Below the pieces are notes generated by a model. The model saw only the letters and a list, made by a program, of their open reading frames with translations, was not told the origin of the DNA and made no database searches. A program made the translations under genes and the position numbers. Shown piece by piece: positions 13,801 to 26,400 of a stretch of 64,000 nt of DNA (its first letter is position 1; each line of letters starts with the position of its first letter). The DNA lies in assembly GCA_010015585.1 (NCBI GenBank), contig ML975152.1; one strand, 5' to 3'. This stretch comes from Eremomyces bilateralis CBS 781.70. Lineage: Eukaryota.

Positions 13801-14191
13801 CTGCGCTGTACCTGGTTTCAAAAGGTAATCACTGGTGGCTGAATCAGTGCGATCAAATGCTTGGAAGTCTAAATTGTATCGATGACCCCTGCTTTCAGCA
13901 ATACCTAGGCAAGCGAATTTCTTCGGTTCATAATGCAAAGGCTGAAGGGAACTTAATCTAAGGACAGTTGATGGGAACGACACAAAATACGCCGTGCTTA
14001 TGAGAACTGTACACGCAACAGAAGATATCATTGGAAACAACTTCCCAAGGCCGAAAGCGCCACGTTTCCACTCGCTGCAACTGTCTATAAAGGCAGTGGA
14101 CTAGACAGTTTTGATGTGATGCTCGACTTCATTAGAAAAGATGAACAAGAACTGGATAGACAGAACGAGCGAGGAGTGAGTGTATTATTTA

Positions 14192-14821
14192 TTAAACAAG
14201 AGTGCTCTTTTCAGGTTCGTCGGCAAACTATTTCATCCATGTCAGAGACGACCGTCTTTGTTTGCAGGGGAGGGAAAAGAACGCATCTCAATCACTTACA
14301 TGCCAGGTATCAATCCTCAGTGTGGATCCTTCCGCAGTGATGGCGACTGGTGTCAAAACTCCAATGGCAATGATATTGTTCAACCAGTAATATTTCTTCG
14401 ACCCGGTCTCGAGTTGGACCCGCAAGTGCAATTTGCCCGATATTTGAGGCCCGCTGGTCCGGAGGAAAATGACCGCACCGTCGTCCGTGATAACATTGTA
14501 TCTTGTGTCTGCGCTGAAGACGCCGGTCTGAGGATCCGTCGTGCCCCAGTCCGCGCCCACGTCTGCGATCTTTCCTTTGATGAGGGGTCCGGTTACATTG
14601 CCGCCGACGATGGGGATGGTCGACCGAACGCCAGCGGGGCCCTTTTCCCCGGCGATATTGGCGGTACACTCGACGAAAGCCGTATATAGGAACTTCAATC
14701 TTGGTGCTGGAGGTGTCGCTCCCGGACGTGAAGCAAGAGCAGCAGGATCGGCATCCTGTGCGGATACGAGCTGGTTGGAAAGGAGTGAAAGCGCCGAAAC
14801 GACGAGAGTGAGTGGGCGCAT
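14192..14821 (-). CDS. DUF3237 (UPF0311) protein with N-terminal signal-like peptide, 2 exons
   Basis: Motifs IPIVGGNVTGP, GADWG, DTRYNVITDDGAVI, ETGSKKYYWLN. Intron 14299-14228 gives the last exon FADEPEKSTLV*. Confidence 0.85.
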
Positions 14822-17414
14822 GGTGAGTGATCAACGGCCTGGAAAAGACTCGAATTTGAGAACGGTAGCGGTTGCTGACTTTGAAGATTGGGAGAGAGTG
14901 AAGCGTGAGCGGCTTATACTTATACAGAGACGACTCATCGTTGCCCTCAAATTTCCTGGTTAGACCCTGCCGAAAGCTTTCCCGGAACCGGGAATTCGGA
15001 TCCATATAGTGCCATCATTTCACTGTCATCTATCTCCAATATCGCCTTGGGCCCTTGGCAGACTCAAGTTGGACGCATACTTGGGCTCGAGTCTCGACCA
15101 TTGACCTCGCTTTGGGCGGTTGGCTGCTCTATGGGTCGGATTTAGTAGCAGTTCAGCGAATCGGAAGAGAAGCGAGAATGATCCACGCTCTCTGTAGGCT
15201 GCCAGCTCACGCGTCTGATGGGTATCGACTATCGACTATCGAGATGTGGCTCGTGCCGAGAATGGAAAAGAAATAGAACATTCTCTAGCATCCAGCGAGG
15301 CAGTAGCACTACTATTGGCCAAGCAGTCCGCAGATAATTGCACTGTTCGAGTGGAGATCGGAGTCGGTGACTACCGTTAGCGAGGGTGAGTACTTACCTA
15401 CTTTCGTGGATCACAAGGATGTGCCTGTTGACTGTTGAGACTTGAGATGGTTTAGAGCCGAATTATTGCAGGCCGTCCCGGAAACAGCCCTTTGGACACT
15501 CTTCCCTGCTATTTCAAAGCAATCATCGGTTTATGCCAATTGCCATTGGTGCTGTTCTTCTCGGAGAAGATTGATTCTGTGACGTCTATATCCTATTGAC
15601 GGTTAGAACTGAAGCATAAGGCCGAAGAGGAATGACCTTCGCCAGTCGTGATCGAAACAGATCCGTCGTTGGCTTCCTAAAAAGGAAGCCATGGGGGAAG
15701 CTGGGGTTGAAAAGAAAAGCATGAGCCCATGATAATGGGGTCAGAGCTAATAATATACTATCCACTAAGTACTATCTATGGTGTGATGAGCAGATGAGGC
15801 CATGAGGCCTGAGGGTATTGCAAGTCTGGATTGCCGATTGCGAATCGCGAATCAGTGGGGCTAACCTTCATCCTCGAGATATTCAGCAGTTCAGCACAAT
15901 AGAGATTCCAGCTTCACTCTTCCTTTAGATCTTCAAGCATCTCTCCCTTTTCAATTTAGTGCGCCCACCAGACCTACAAAAAATGCAGTGGTCTAGAATC
16001 CGGGATGTCGAAGACTCGATTTTGTGAGTTGCGGAGTTCAAGCCTGAAGGAGACCATCCAGTCGGTCCTTCACGATTCAGGGGCAATAACGCCACAGTGG
16101 AAATGAAACACGCTTCGAGCAGGGACGGCACCGGGCGTCTGGGCCAAAATGGCTCGCTTATGAGATCCATGAACATTGGCCATCAAGACTGGAGACATTA
16201 TTGATCATTAATCGATCACGCCAGCGAAGAATTCATTTGAGGTCCAAGCAGTCGATTAGGGAATTCACTCTTTCTCAATCGTTGAGATACACGTGAATGC
16301 TCAGTGAAGCGGAATTACGTGCCGATGAGCGTTGTATTAAATAGCAAGAAAAAAAACTTATTGCGTTAGTATCGGGTATTGGCAATGCTATTTACACTAC
16401 TAACACCTCTCCAAAGCAGCAGCTTGTCTACCTCTTGGGTTTTGAGTTTTCGACTTAACTTGTCTATATTCGTCCTCCCTTGGTACGTTCGTATCATCCA
16501 TGCACCCAGACTCCTCCCCCGTCTTCCAGTTTTCTCAATCTTCTCGCTAAAAGTACAGTAGATCAATACTTGTCAATCGAACACCACTTATTATTGTCCG
16601 TTTGGATTTTGGAGCCAGATGACTGGTAAGTTGTTACTGCTATCCAAAAATTCAAATATCCAGAATAATTGCAGGAGCTCTCTGACCTCTGTGCTTCTTT
16701 GATTATCAATCCGGTCTGGGATACGCTCCTCCGTTCCTAATCTAGCATCGGCTATGAAACTATTCCCTCATCCCTGAGACCCTGACTCGATCTTCACAAC
16801 AGTTGGGACTTCCCACTCTCCGAGAGAGCTCTTTTCCATCAATCTCTTCATTCAGAGTGCTGGGTCGTTCGTTGAATCGTTGATGTCGGGCTGTCAGTAG
16901 GCTTCGTCGTCGGAACAGCCACCTCCACATTTCAACCTGGTTCAAATCTTAATACGATATACTAATGGTGTCGGCGTACTCCGTAGACACTAGCGGCTAA
17001 CAAACTTGCCATCTTCACTCTTCAGAGTTCAAACTTCAAGAGCCTGGAACCATGAACCCTGGAATCCTGGAGGCATCATGCAGACCTCAAGCACATTCTC
17101 CCGTTCTCCAACTCCTCACGAACCTGAGATCGGTAGGTAAAGATGGGATGGCCTGACAAATGTTAACTTCCGCCAACCTTGTTGTCCATAAATTCCCATC
17201 GAACTCGTCTATGATTGGTCTCGCTAAAGCGGGACAGAAAGAAGCACTGGGATTGACAAAATACACCTCCAGTTCGTTTACAGTCATTCTGCAAGCTCAG
17301 CTCAGTATGAATGGTGTTTCGCCCATTCGTAACGCCATTTGCATCCACAATGCAGCCAGCATTCGAACTTTACCATAGTAAGGTTACGTTGTGTAGGGGG
17401 CCGGAGATCAGGCC

Positions 17415-17453
17415 AACTTTAGGACTAACTTTAGGATTAACTTTAGGACTAAC
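17415..17453. repeat. 12-bp tandem repeat (AACTTTAGGAYT x3)
   Basis: Read directly; encodes SPKVNPKVSPKV in a short minus-strand ORF. Confidence 0.8.
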
Positions 17454-17932
17454 GTTCCGTCTCCTCTTCTTTCGTTGGATCCGCTCCTGATGGGGTTCGG
17501 TTCTGGACTTCTGGTGAGGGATGAGTCGCCACTGCGATTGCTGTTTCTTCACCCTTGAGTTCTTGATCATACCTCCTCCGTACATCAAGCCGTCAGCGAA
17601 ACCGTTGTGCGCTTCATCTCGACTATCTCATGGGCCAGACTTCGTAATTTGCGTAGGGCAGACTGTTGCAGGCTTACATCTTTCCCGTCTTTTGTGGGGT
17701 TTGGATGGCTCTTGATCATTGTGACCCGGAACAGACATGTGGTGCTCAGCATTCAGGAAATGATCGGAGAGTTAGTTCGAACTATTGATAGTTATAGACC
17801 CTCTTTCCAAACTCTAAGCGGTCCGATCTTCCAACCTTCGTGCGTTTTTCTCTAATATGTTGCATGGTCAATTGATCATTGACCGTCCACTATCAAGAGT
17901 CCGAGACTCCCAAGTCACCGTCAAATGTCAAT

Positions 17933-19116
17933 ATGTCAGATGACTTCTTTAACTCTTTTGATCCGCGAGCGACGAATCGAAAAGACGAGACAAAGGTTCC
18001 CCTGCTATTAGGAGTCCAGACGACCCTACTGGTTATCGCTCTTATTTTGTATATTTGCCGCATGGTCTCCAGGTTGCGACCAACTTTCAACCTCCACTGG
18101 GATGATTATCTGATCACCATCGCGGTGGTAAGCTTCAGTTTAGACACAACATTTTGCAGAAATGGGACTAACGATGCCTGAAGGCCCTGGTTATATCAAG
18201 CTATGGAATTACCGTCCACAACATCACCCTTGGATATGGACGACATATCGAAATCCTCAAGCCCACTGATGCGTCCCTATACACCAAGATGGTGTTCGTC
18301 AATCAGATCCTTTGGCAATGGGGAGTGACGTTCATCAAGCTCTCCGTTGCAGCAATGCTGCTTAGGATCCAAAGGGATACTCTATGGAGAGTCGGCATGG
18401 GTGCGTGCATTGTGTACCTCCTCGTCTCTGCCGTCGTCACGATGACCTTACAGGTGACTGAGTGCAAACCAATTGAGTTCTATTGGAACAAAAAGACCAT
18501 CCAAGGAACTTGCCGGCCTCAACACGTCGTCTGGAACTCGGTCTTGGCGACGTCGATTACCTTTATATTCTCTGACGTCCTATTTGCGCTTCTCCCTCTC
18601 ACCTTCATCTTCTCACTTACCCGCCCTCTACGAGAAAAGTTAGTCCTCGCCTTTCTCATGGGACTAGGGCTACTCTGCACGGTTGCTGGTATCCGGAAGC
18701 TGTTCTACGTCTCGCAGGTCCACAAACAGAATGATGCGACATGGGATACGGTCGAGATGGGACTGTGGGGTTTTACCGAATCATATATCGGCATCATGGC
18801 CGCGTGTATCCCCTGCCTTCGTGCGATGTTCGAGAAGGGACTCAAGAGGATGGGCGTATCCCTGACATCAAACCGAACGACCCCGCGAAGCAACATCCGT
18901 GGAACAGGACCGTCGGGACGGTTCACACATGGAGATTTCGAGATGATCTCGAGCACGGCGCATGCGGCGAGGGACAATGGCGGGCATTCTATCGATAAGC
19001 CTGGAAAGGACTGGGACAGGGCATCGGTCCCCGAGAGCGAGGAGGCGATTGTGCCGCAGTATGGTATTATCAGGAAGACTAGTTTCATAGTCAAGACAGA
19101 GGATCGGGGGCAGTAG
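17933..19116 (+). CDS. PTH11-like / fungal rhodopsin-domain integral membrane protein (no CFEM)
   Basis: Motifs LHWDDYLI, GYGRH, FIKLSVAAMLLRI, ECKPIEFYW, SDVLFALLP, ESYIGIMAACIPCLR. Intron ~18127-18183. Confidence 0.88.
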
Positions 19117-19670
19117 TAAATGGTAATGAAATATTGCTCGGGTCCCTATGTATTAACGTTTGATGAACCCTCAGGTGCTTGTTCATCCTGTTCCCTGATA
19201 GTTTATATAGACCACCGTATCTACTCCGTATGATTATTATCCCTCGCCACCTGAAAATGCACCAAGCCGCTGTGATAATGAGATGACCATGTGGGAATTC
19301 TATATTGTTAAATGTAATTATTCTTTGTTGAACTCTTGCCCTCGAAAGGATGGGACAATGTGACAAGGACCCAGGCGATAACGGTAAAAGACACTAAGAC
19401 CCTTTCGTCAGGTGGTACGGAATCCCCGTGTTTGATGGAAATCAGCTGCTTAACATCGCCAGCCAATCTCCGCAATCCGTATCCTACAACGTCATCCGTC
19501 TCCGTGATCACGCTCCGGACTATGTCTTTAACTTTGCATTTTTCTTCGAGGAGCTGACCGTCGTTGTGTCCCGGCGAAGCTCTCATATAGCCCAACGAGC
19601 GGAGACAGGGTGAAAGACACGAAAGACACGGTGAAAGACACGCGATTCCCCGTCGCGTTTAGGGATTAGT

Positions 19671-22600
19671 ATGGCGGACAGGAGCCAGCCCGATGATTCG
19701 GCCTCGAAGGCTACAGCGTCTCATCCATCGACCAGGCGGTCTTCCAATGCCTCCGGTGCGGATCTGGCTGCTTCGCAGCAGTTTGGAACCGACAGCCAAA
19801 GTTCCGGTGAACTGTCCCGGAAGAAGCCTCCGCGCTCGCAGCCTAGGATGGAGGGATACGGTGAGTGACTGTGTACCGTATGTTTATAAAGTTTGTGCCA
19901 TGCAAGAATCTAATTGATGTCGTGCCTAGGGTCGATTACATCCCCAGCGAGTGGAGGACCTTCACGCTATGCCGCAGGCTCACCCGACACGAAGGGCCTG
20001 AAGCCTTCTTTGAAACGCCGATCAACATCGCATGGCCCACACCGAGGGCAAGAGTTCTCGGTAGATGATACGCTGGAAGAAGCGGATAAGGATCAGGCCT
20101 TACATAGACATCAACCAAAGGCCGGTACCCATCCGAAGAGCAAAACGTCCACCATTCGAAAACGCCCAACCCCCCAAATGCCCGCTCTGGCAAAAGTTGA
20201 TTCGCAGTTGGAAGACGTTTACATCGAACAAGAATCTGCAAGCGCACAGACAAACCAAGAGCCAGAATCGGCCACTCCAGAAGACACGGCAGTGCTGACG
20301 GAGGACGAAGAGGACGAACCCCCAGCTGAAGACGAGGGAGATGTAAGTGACGCCGAGAGCTTCACTTTGAAGGACCGTCAGCAGGCAATAAACGAGACTC
20401 ATCCCTTCGGTATTCGTATATGGAAGCCGGCACTCTACAAGAAGAACCGCTCGGTCCAGAAGACAGCAGAACAGGATGTTCATTCAATCCCAGGAGGCTT
20501 CGTGAGCAAATGGCTGCTTCTCTTCAACCTGCTATGGACTCTCCTTTTTGGCTGGTGGCTGGCTCTCATTGCATTCACTGGAGCTTTAACCTGCATGTTT
20601 CTTGGGATCTTCAACGGCTGCGCTGATTATGGCCGGGTTCTGCTTGGTCTTTCATCCTACCTCTTCTACCCGTTTGGAAAGTATATCAAGCTGGTCCAGG
20701 ACGACGCATACATAGACGAAGATGAGGGCGAAGGCCGAAGCATTAGCGAGTACGAGCGATGGCAAAGTGGCGATCTGGAAGAAGGACGTCTATTCTTCGG
20801 TCCCATCATGAACCGATCGCTCATCGGACGAAGAAGACCTAGCGCAGATTCCACTGCTGAAACCGAGAGTCTCCTTGGAAGGGCAGCTAGGGGCACAATG
20901 TCGGACCGTTCTAATAGCCAGCCGAAGAGAAGACTCTTCGGCAGAGGCAAATGGACGGTCGGTCGGGTGGTCTTCTTCATTTTCTTCTATGGCCTACTAA
21001 CTCCTTGTTTGTTTTTGGTTTCAGGGATTTGCTGGTTCCTTGTCTTCACGATACCCATGGGAAAAGTTACTATGCTTCTCCTAAGCCATTTGCGTCGCCA
21101 TCCTCTAGCGCTCTCGTTCCATTCGGATACCTCGGACACCCGCCAACCGGGCACGATCCTAGTCTGCACTTATCGTGCTATTGGCCCCAAGTATTGGAAA
21201 TATACGATAGATGGGACCAACATTTTTCTCTTCAACTTCCTTGCGCTCGTTGCATTCGTCATTATCGATTTCTTCCTTCTTCGGGAGGCTCTTGGCCTAG
21301 ATATCCTCATTACGAACCCGTTCATAATTTTTGCAATTTCCTTACTTTCCACGATTCCCCTGGCCTATTTCATCGGTCAAGCAGTTGCATCCATATCCGC
21401 ACAGTCTTCCATGGGTGTTGGCGCTACTATCAATGCGTTCTTTTCTACCGTTGTGGAAGTCTACCTCTATTGCGTTGCACTCCAAGAAGGAAAATCACAG
21501 CTCGTAGAAGGCAGCATCATCGGTAGCATTTTTGCAGGCGTTTTGTTTTTACCCGGCCTGTCCATGTGTTTCGGAGCGCTGAAGAGAAAGACGCAACGGT
21601 TCAATGTCCAGTCGGCTGGTGTAACCTCGACCATGCTTCTTTTCGCCGTCATTGGGGCATTTGCGCCGACATTGTTCTACCAGATCTATGGAAGCGTAAG
21701 TTATCCTACCTTTTCCAGTCGACAATTCTAACATGTGGTCTAGCATGAGCTACAATGCCACCAGTGCGTGGACCAACTGCCGGGCGACCGTGACTGTCGT
21801 CGATGTTTCTTCTCTCAAGTACCCGCTGTGGGAGACCACTTTTACCGAGAGGCTATACAACCTTACACATGGTTCTCAGCTGTCATGTTGTTCTTGTCAT
21901 ATGTTACCGGGCTGCTATTCACCCTTCGCACCCATGCAGCGGTTATTTGGAGCAATGAACCGGACGAAAAGCGTGCCCACCTAGAAAGTAGCATGATCCA
22001 CCAGGGTGTCGACCATGCGGGGTTCTCTACTGGGAATACGTTGAATACACGGACCAATACCGGATTTGCGACGGGAACTGTCTCAAAGTCAGACGTCCGC
22101 GACTCACAGTTGTATAAACGGATCTTCGGCCAGACAGAACGACAGCTCCTAGGTCCGGGCGAGTCAGAGCACCAGCAGAGACCAGCCAGTCCTGTGGAAT
22201 CTCCAACGCCTCATATTGTTCCTCCCCCAGGCCGTGACAATGCTCGGTTCCGGATCGAGAGCCTCTCTGAAGAAGATAACCGGAACCTAGTACGACAAGT
22301 CACCGAGATTGCCACCACTGCTGCCACGATTGCAACTCGAGATGCGGTTCGAAAGCCTTCTGCCAACACCACACCCGCAGCAAAAATGCAGCAACAGGAA
22401 CGAGAACGTCTGGCGTTGACTCGCTTACCTACGACAACGACAGAGCCGGAAGGCCACCCTGCCACCGACGAACATGGGGGCGGCGGACATGATGCGCCGA
22501 ACTGGAGCAGGACCAAGAGCGCTATGATCCTTCTGAGCGCGACTGTTGCGTACGCCTTAGTTGCGGAGATATTGGTCAACACGGTTGACTCTGTGCTCAA

Positions 22601-23204
22601 CAACTTTGAGGTTGATGAGAAGTTCTTGGGAATAACCTTGTTCGCACTAGTGCCAAATGCGACGGAATTCTTGGTAGGTTGAACAGGCTGCACTTGGCTG
22701 ATACCTCCGCTGACTGCTCTCCTAGAACGCCATATCATTCGCCATGAACGGTAACATTGCCCTGTCCATGGAAATTGGTTCGGCGTATGCCCTGCAAGTC
22801 TGCCTCCTACAAATACCATGCCTCGTACTCTTTTCTGCGATTTACGCCGCTCAATACCTTGACCCTGAAAGCATCCCCGGTCATACCTTCTGTAAGTAGT
22901 ACACCGATCGCTGAGTCATAGAATACGGACAACTAACGTGTCCCAAGCCCTCATCTTCCCGCAGTGGGACATGGTTACCGTCATCCTCTGCGTCTTCCTC
23001 CTATCCTATATGTACGGCGAAGGCAAGAGCAACTATTTCAAGGGCAGCATCCTCGTGTTTTCGTACTTTGTCGTTATTTTCGGGTTCTACTTGAGCGGCT
23101 TTAATAGCGACGCGTTGCTGGAGATCAATCCCACTGATACACTCGCAATCAACGGGCGTCTAAAACCTTTTACAGTCTACCGAGACAAGCCAACGGAGTT
23201 GTGA
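19671..23204 (+). CDS. VNX1: Vacuolar cation/H+ antiporter, CAX family with YccF-like N-region (Vnx1-like), multi-exon
   Basis: Motifs FTLKDRQQAINETHPFGIRIWKPALYKK, YWKYTIDGTNIF, ASISAQSSMG, HDAPNWSR, GITLFALVPN, EGKSNYFKG. Confidence 0.88.
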
Positions 23205-24370
23205 GTGGCATTCAGGCCACGTGGGAGAGTTTGCATCGGCATCACCTGACTTGAGCGTCTTCGATACTTATTTCTGTTGCATAGCGGGCGTCCTGAAAGT
23301 TGTTTATTATTCACTTCTACCTTGCGCGTACAGGCACTACGTAGTAGTACCGCTCTAATGTTAAATCAAAGAATGTCATCAGATTAGTGGCTTCGAGATT
23401 GAAATGGAGCCTGAGGCACCAAGGCAATTTTGCTACTTGACCCCTGGCCTCACTCTCCGGTTCGCAAAGTTTCCATATGTTCCGTGTCGCACGGCGATCT
23501 TTGAGTCGATGCCATTTATATCTTCCGGTCTCTTCTTTGGGATTATTCCTCGGCATTCCCGACTGATCAATTGATCCAATTTCGTAGGATCATACAATGA
23601 CAATCCGCCACTCCGCAATTGCGGTCATTTTGTGGGGTAATCTATCCCTGACAGCTACAGCTTTGGGTGAGACCTTTAATTCGGTTCAACACAATATCAA
23701 TTCAATTATAGCTGATATTGATCTGTCGCGACGGCCGAAGAATTTCCAGAAACAGAAAAATGACATGCAATAGCTTCAATAGGTTCCACAATGATGGTTC
23801 GTCTCCACACCTCGTGCCAGACGTCTAGTCGAGGGACTGAAAGATTCGTTTATTCTCCGAACCTGCAACCTTGCGTTCCGCAATATATATTTCGGTTTTG
23901 GCTTACTTGGTCTTCTCCAACACTCTATCTGGCAACGACTTCATATTGTTTTACGTCCAACCATCCCTAGTCAACGAGGGCTACCGCGTTTGGATGCAGG
24001 CGTATTACTGAATCCCCTCTTCGTATCGGTTTATACCTTCAAACATTGTTAATGAATCTCCACTCAAGCTTTCTATTACCCTGAGCTTCTCCGCAATCCA
24101 TGCTATCCGGCTTGCCGTTCCATTATTGCCAATGAAAAAGCTTTCTACGTTTCTTTACAGAACCATGCTGCCGGTTGTAAGAGGTTGCCGTCCATGTAAT
24201 TGGAAGGGTCATCCACGAGACCGAACCGTCTGGGGCTGCGGTCCAAGAGCCAAGGGTTTCCGATCCATTGTTTTTTCTGGAATATGTAATAGGGTTGAAC
24301 CGCTCAGCGACAGTAAATAAACGAACTTCAAGCACTTCGTCTTTAAGTTACTCCACTGCTTGCCGACAGC

Positions 24371-25820
24371 ATGGCGTTTGCGCCGCTCATTCAGCGATAT
24401 GGACTTGGTATCCTCGCGATCCTAAGTGTCATTAATCTATCAACGGCAGCGCCGTTTAACGCGGCATTAAACGTTGCCGATGCGCCATGTACGGAACCAA
24501 GAGTACGGCGAGAATGGTACGTGTGAGACGTTGTCATGAAGCGACGGACAAAGGGATGACACCGTGCAGTACCTCGTAGCTTACACAGATCTATAGGAGA
24601 AGTTTGAACGACGCGGAAAAGGGAGAGTACATCGGTGCAATAAAATGCCTGATGGCAGCGGCACCTACGGGAAAGCAATACTTCGAGCCCATCACAAGTC
24701 GATATGAGGATTTCGTTGCTATGCACGTCAATGCCACTGGTGGCGGTAGGGACTTATCAGCTGACTCAAACACCTCGTACTGACCTCACTGCAGGCGTCC
24801 TTAACACCGAAAGGGGTTTCCCAATGGGAGGTACAACAGGCATTCACGGTGTTGGGATCTTCTACCCCTGGCATCGATACACGGTCTGGCAGTTTGAAGA
24901 GACATTGCGCAACGAATGCAATTATACCGGGGCGCAACCATACTGGGATTGGCACTTGGACACTCCGGAGGCAGGAGGCTCATTTGTCACATCACCTCTA
25001 TTCGATCCAGTCACTGGGTTTGGAGGAAATGGAGCGGAGGATGAGGAGGATGATGATGAAGGGAGTAGGGGATGGGGAAGTGCGTTTGGTGGGTTCTTTG
25101 GAGGGGGGTCCGGAGGCGGGTGCATCCAAGATGGGCCGTTCAAGGACATCAAGCTGCATCTAGGTCCTATGTCGACTGTAAAAGTCGGCAATGAACGGTG
25201 TCTAACGAGGGATTTCCAAGGGGCATCGGTGAGCGCGCATGCCAATTATAGATTTCAGTGATAAGAACGAGGACTGATCTGATGTGTTTTAGGCTGAGCG
25301 TTCCGCAACCAAAGCAAATATCGCAAAAACGCTGGCAATCGACACATATGCATCCTTCCGATCATCCACTGAAGGGTCAAGCGGATTGCACAATGCTGGA
25401 CACGGCGGCGTGAGTGGAGAGGTACACAACCACACTCCCTTCTTTTTAACCACTATCCTCATCCCATCCACCACGTTTTTTTATACCCACCAACTGTTAC
25501 CAAAGTAACATTCACCCATGTGGCTCTTACTGACTGGTCTGTAGATGATGGATGTATTCTCTTCGCCCAACGACCCTCTTTTCTGGATGCATCACACCCA
25601 GATAGACCGTATTTGGGCCATCTGGCAGTCTCAAAGTGAGTCAAGGCTTGCAGAAATGGCCGGGACTACCCGGGCACCGGTGACACTGGACTCAATGTTG
25701 TGGATGGGGTTCAATGCTCCAGACCAACCTGTTCGAACGGTGATGGATACCCTCAATAGGAACGGCGAGGGCTTTTTGTGCTACAAATACGATGTTGGCA
25801 TAGAGGAGTTTGTAGATTGA
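24371..25820 (+). CDS. Secreted tyrosinase-like di-copper centre protein, multi-exon
   Basis: Signal peptide, VRREW, CuA (H..IHGVGIFYPWHR), QPYWDW, CuB (HNAGHGGV..SPNDPLFWMHHTQIDRIW), and CYKY near the C-terminus. Confidence 0.9.
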
Positions 25821-26400
25821 TGGAAGGTGTATGTGGACATCTCTATAAACTTGTGCCTTTGCACTGCGAATCAGCAAACTATGGACAGATCCTAGGATAC
25901 CAAAGGGCAGCGAATTTTTCTCATGTTAAATTCGCTAAATATGGATCGTTTCACCGGAGCTGTGACGATACGAAAATTGACTGCCATAAACTATCCATAC
26001 ACATGAGAAAGGTAAAACACAGTTGCATTGTAGTCCGATGTATCGAAGCGTCTTATTACACATTAAAAGCGGTAGAAACCATAGTCACTATTGTGGTAAT
26101 CTGTGACACAATGTTTACCTATGAATTCTTGGAGGAGGCGATGGCATGCCGGTTCATATCCAGCTGTTTTTGACAGACAGACTGCCTGCACTGATTTCAA
26201 GATTTGATTCCAACATCCAGGAACATGGCTGCATAGGCTGGGCAGTAGAGCGGAGCCAATCAGAATATAACGAGGCCTGCATCACGTTCCCACGACAGGT
26301 GATCTAGTTTGGTATAAACCAGTAACGCAGTCAATTCCATGCAGCATCTCTTATGTTGAGACACATTCAGGCCCCTGTTCAGCAACACAACCCTAGCGAC

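Noticed and set aside
15000..17850. Scattered short ORFs, possibly a decayed gene
   Set aside because: No recognisable domain or consistent exon chain.
19609..19642. GAAAGACAC triplication upstream of VNX1
   Set aside because: Looks like simple slippage with no evidence of function.
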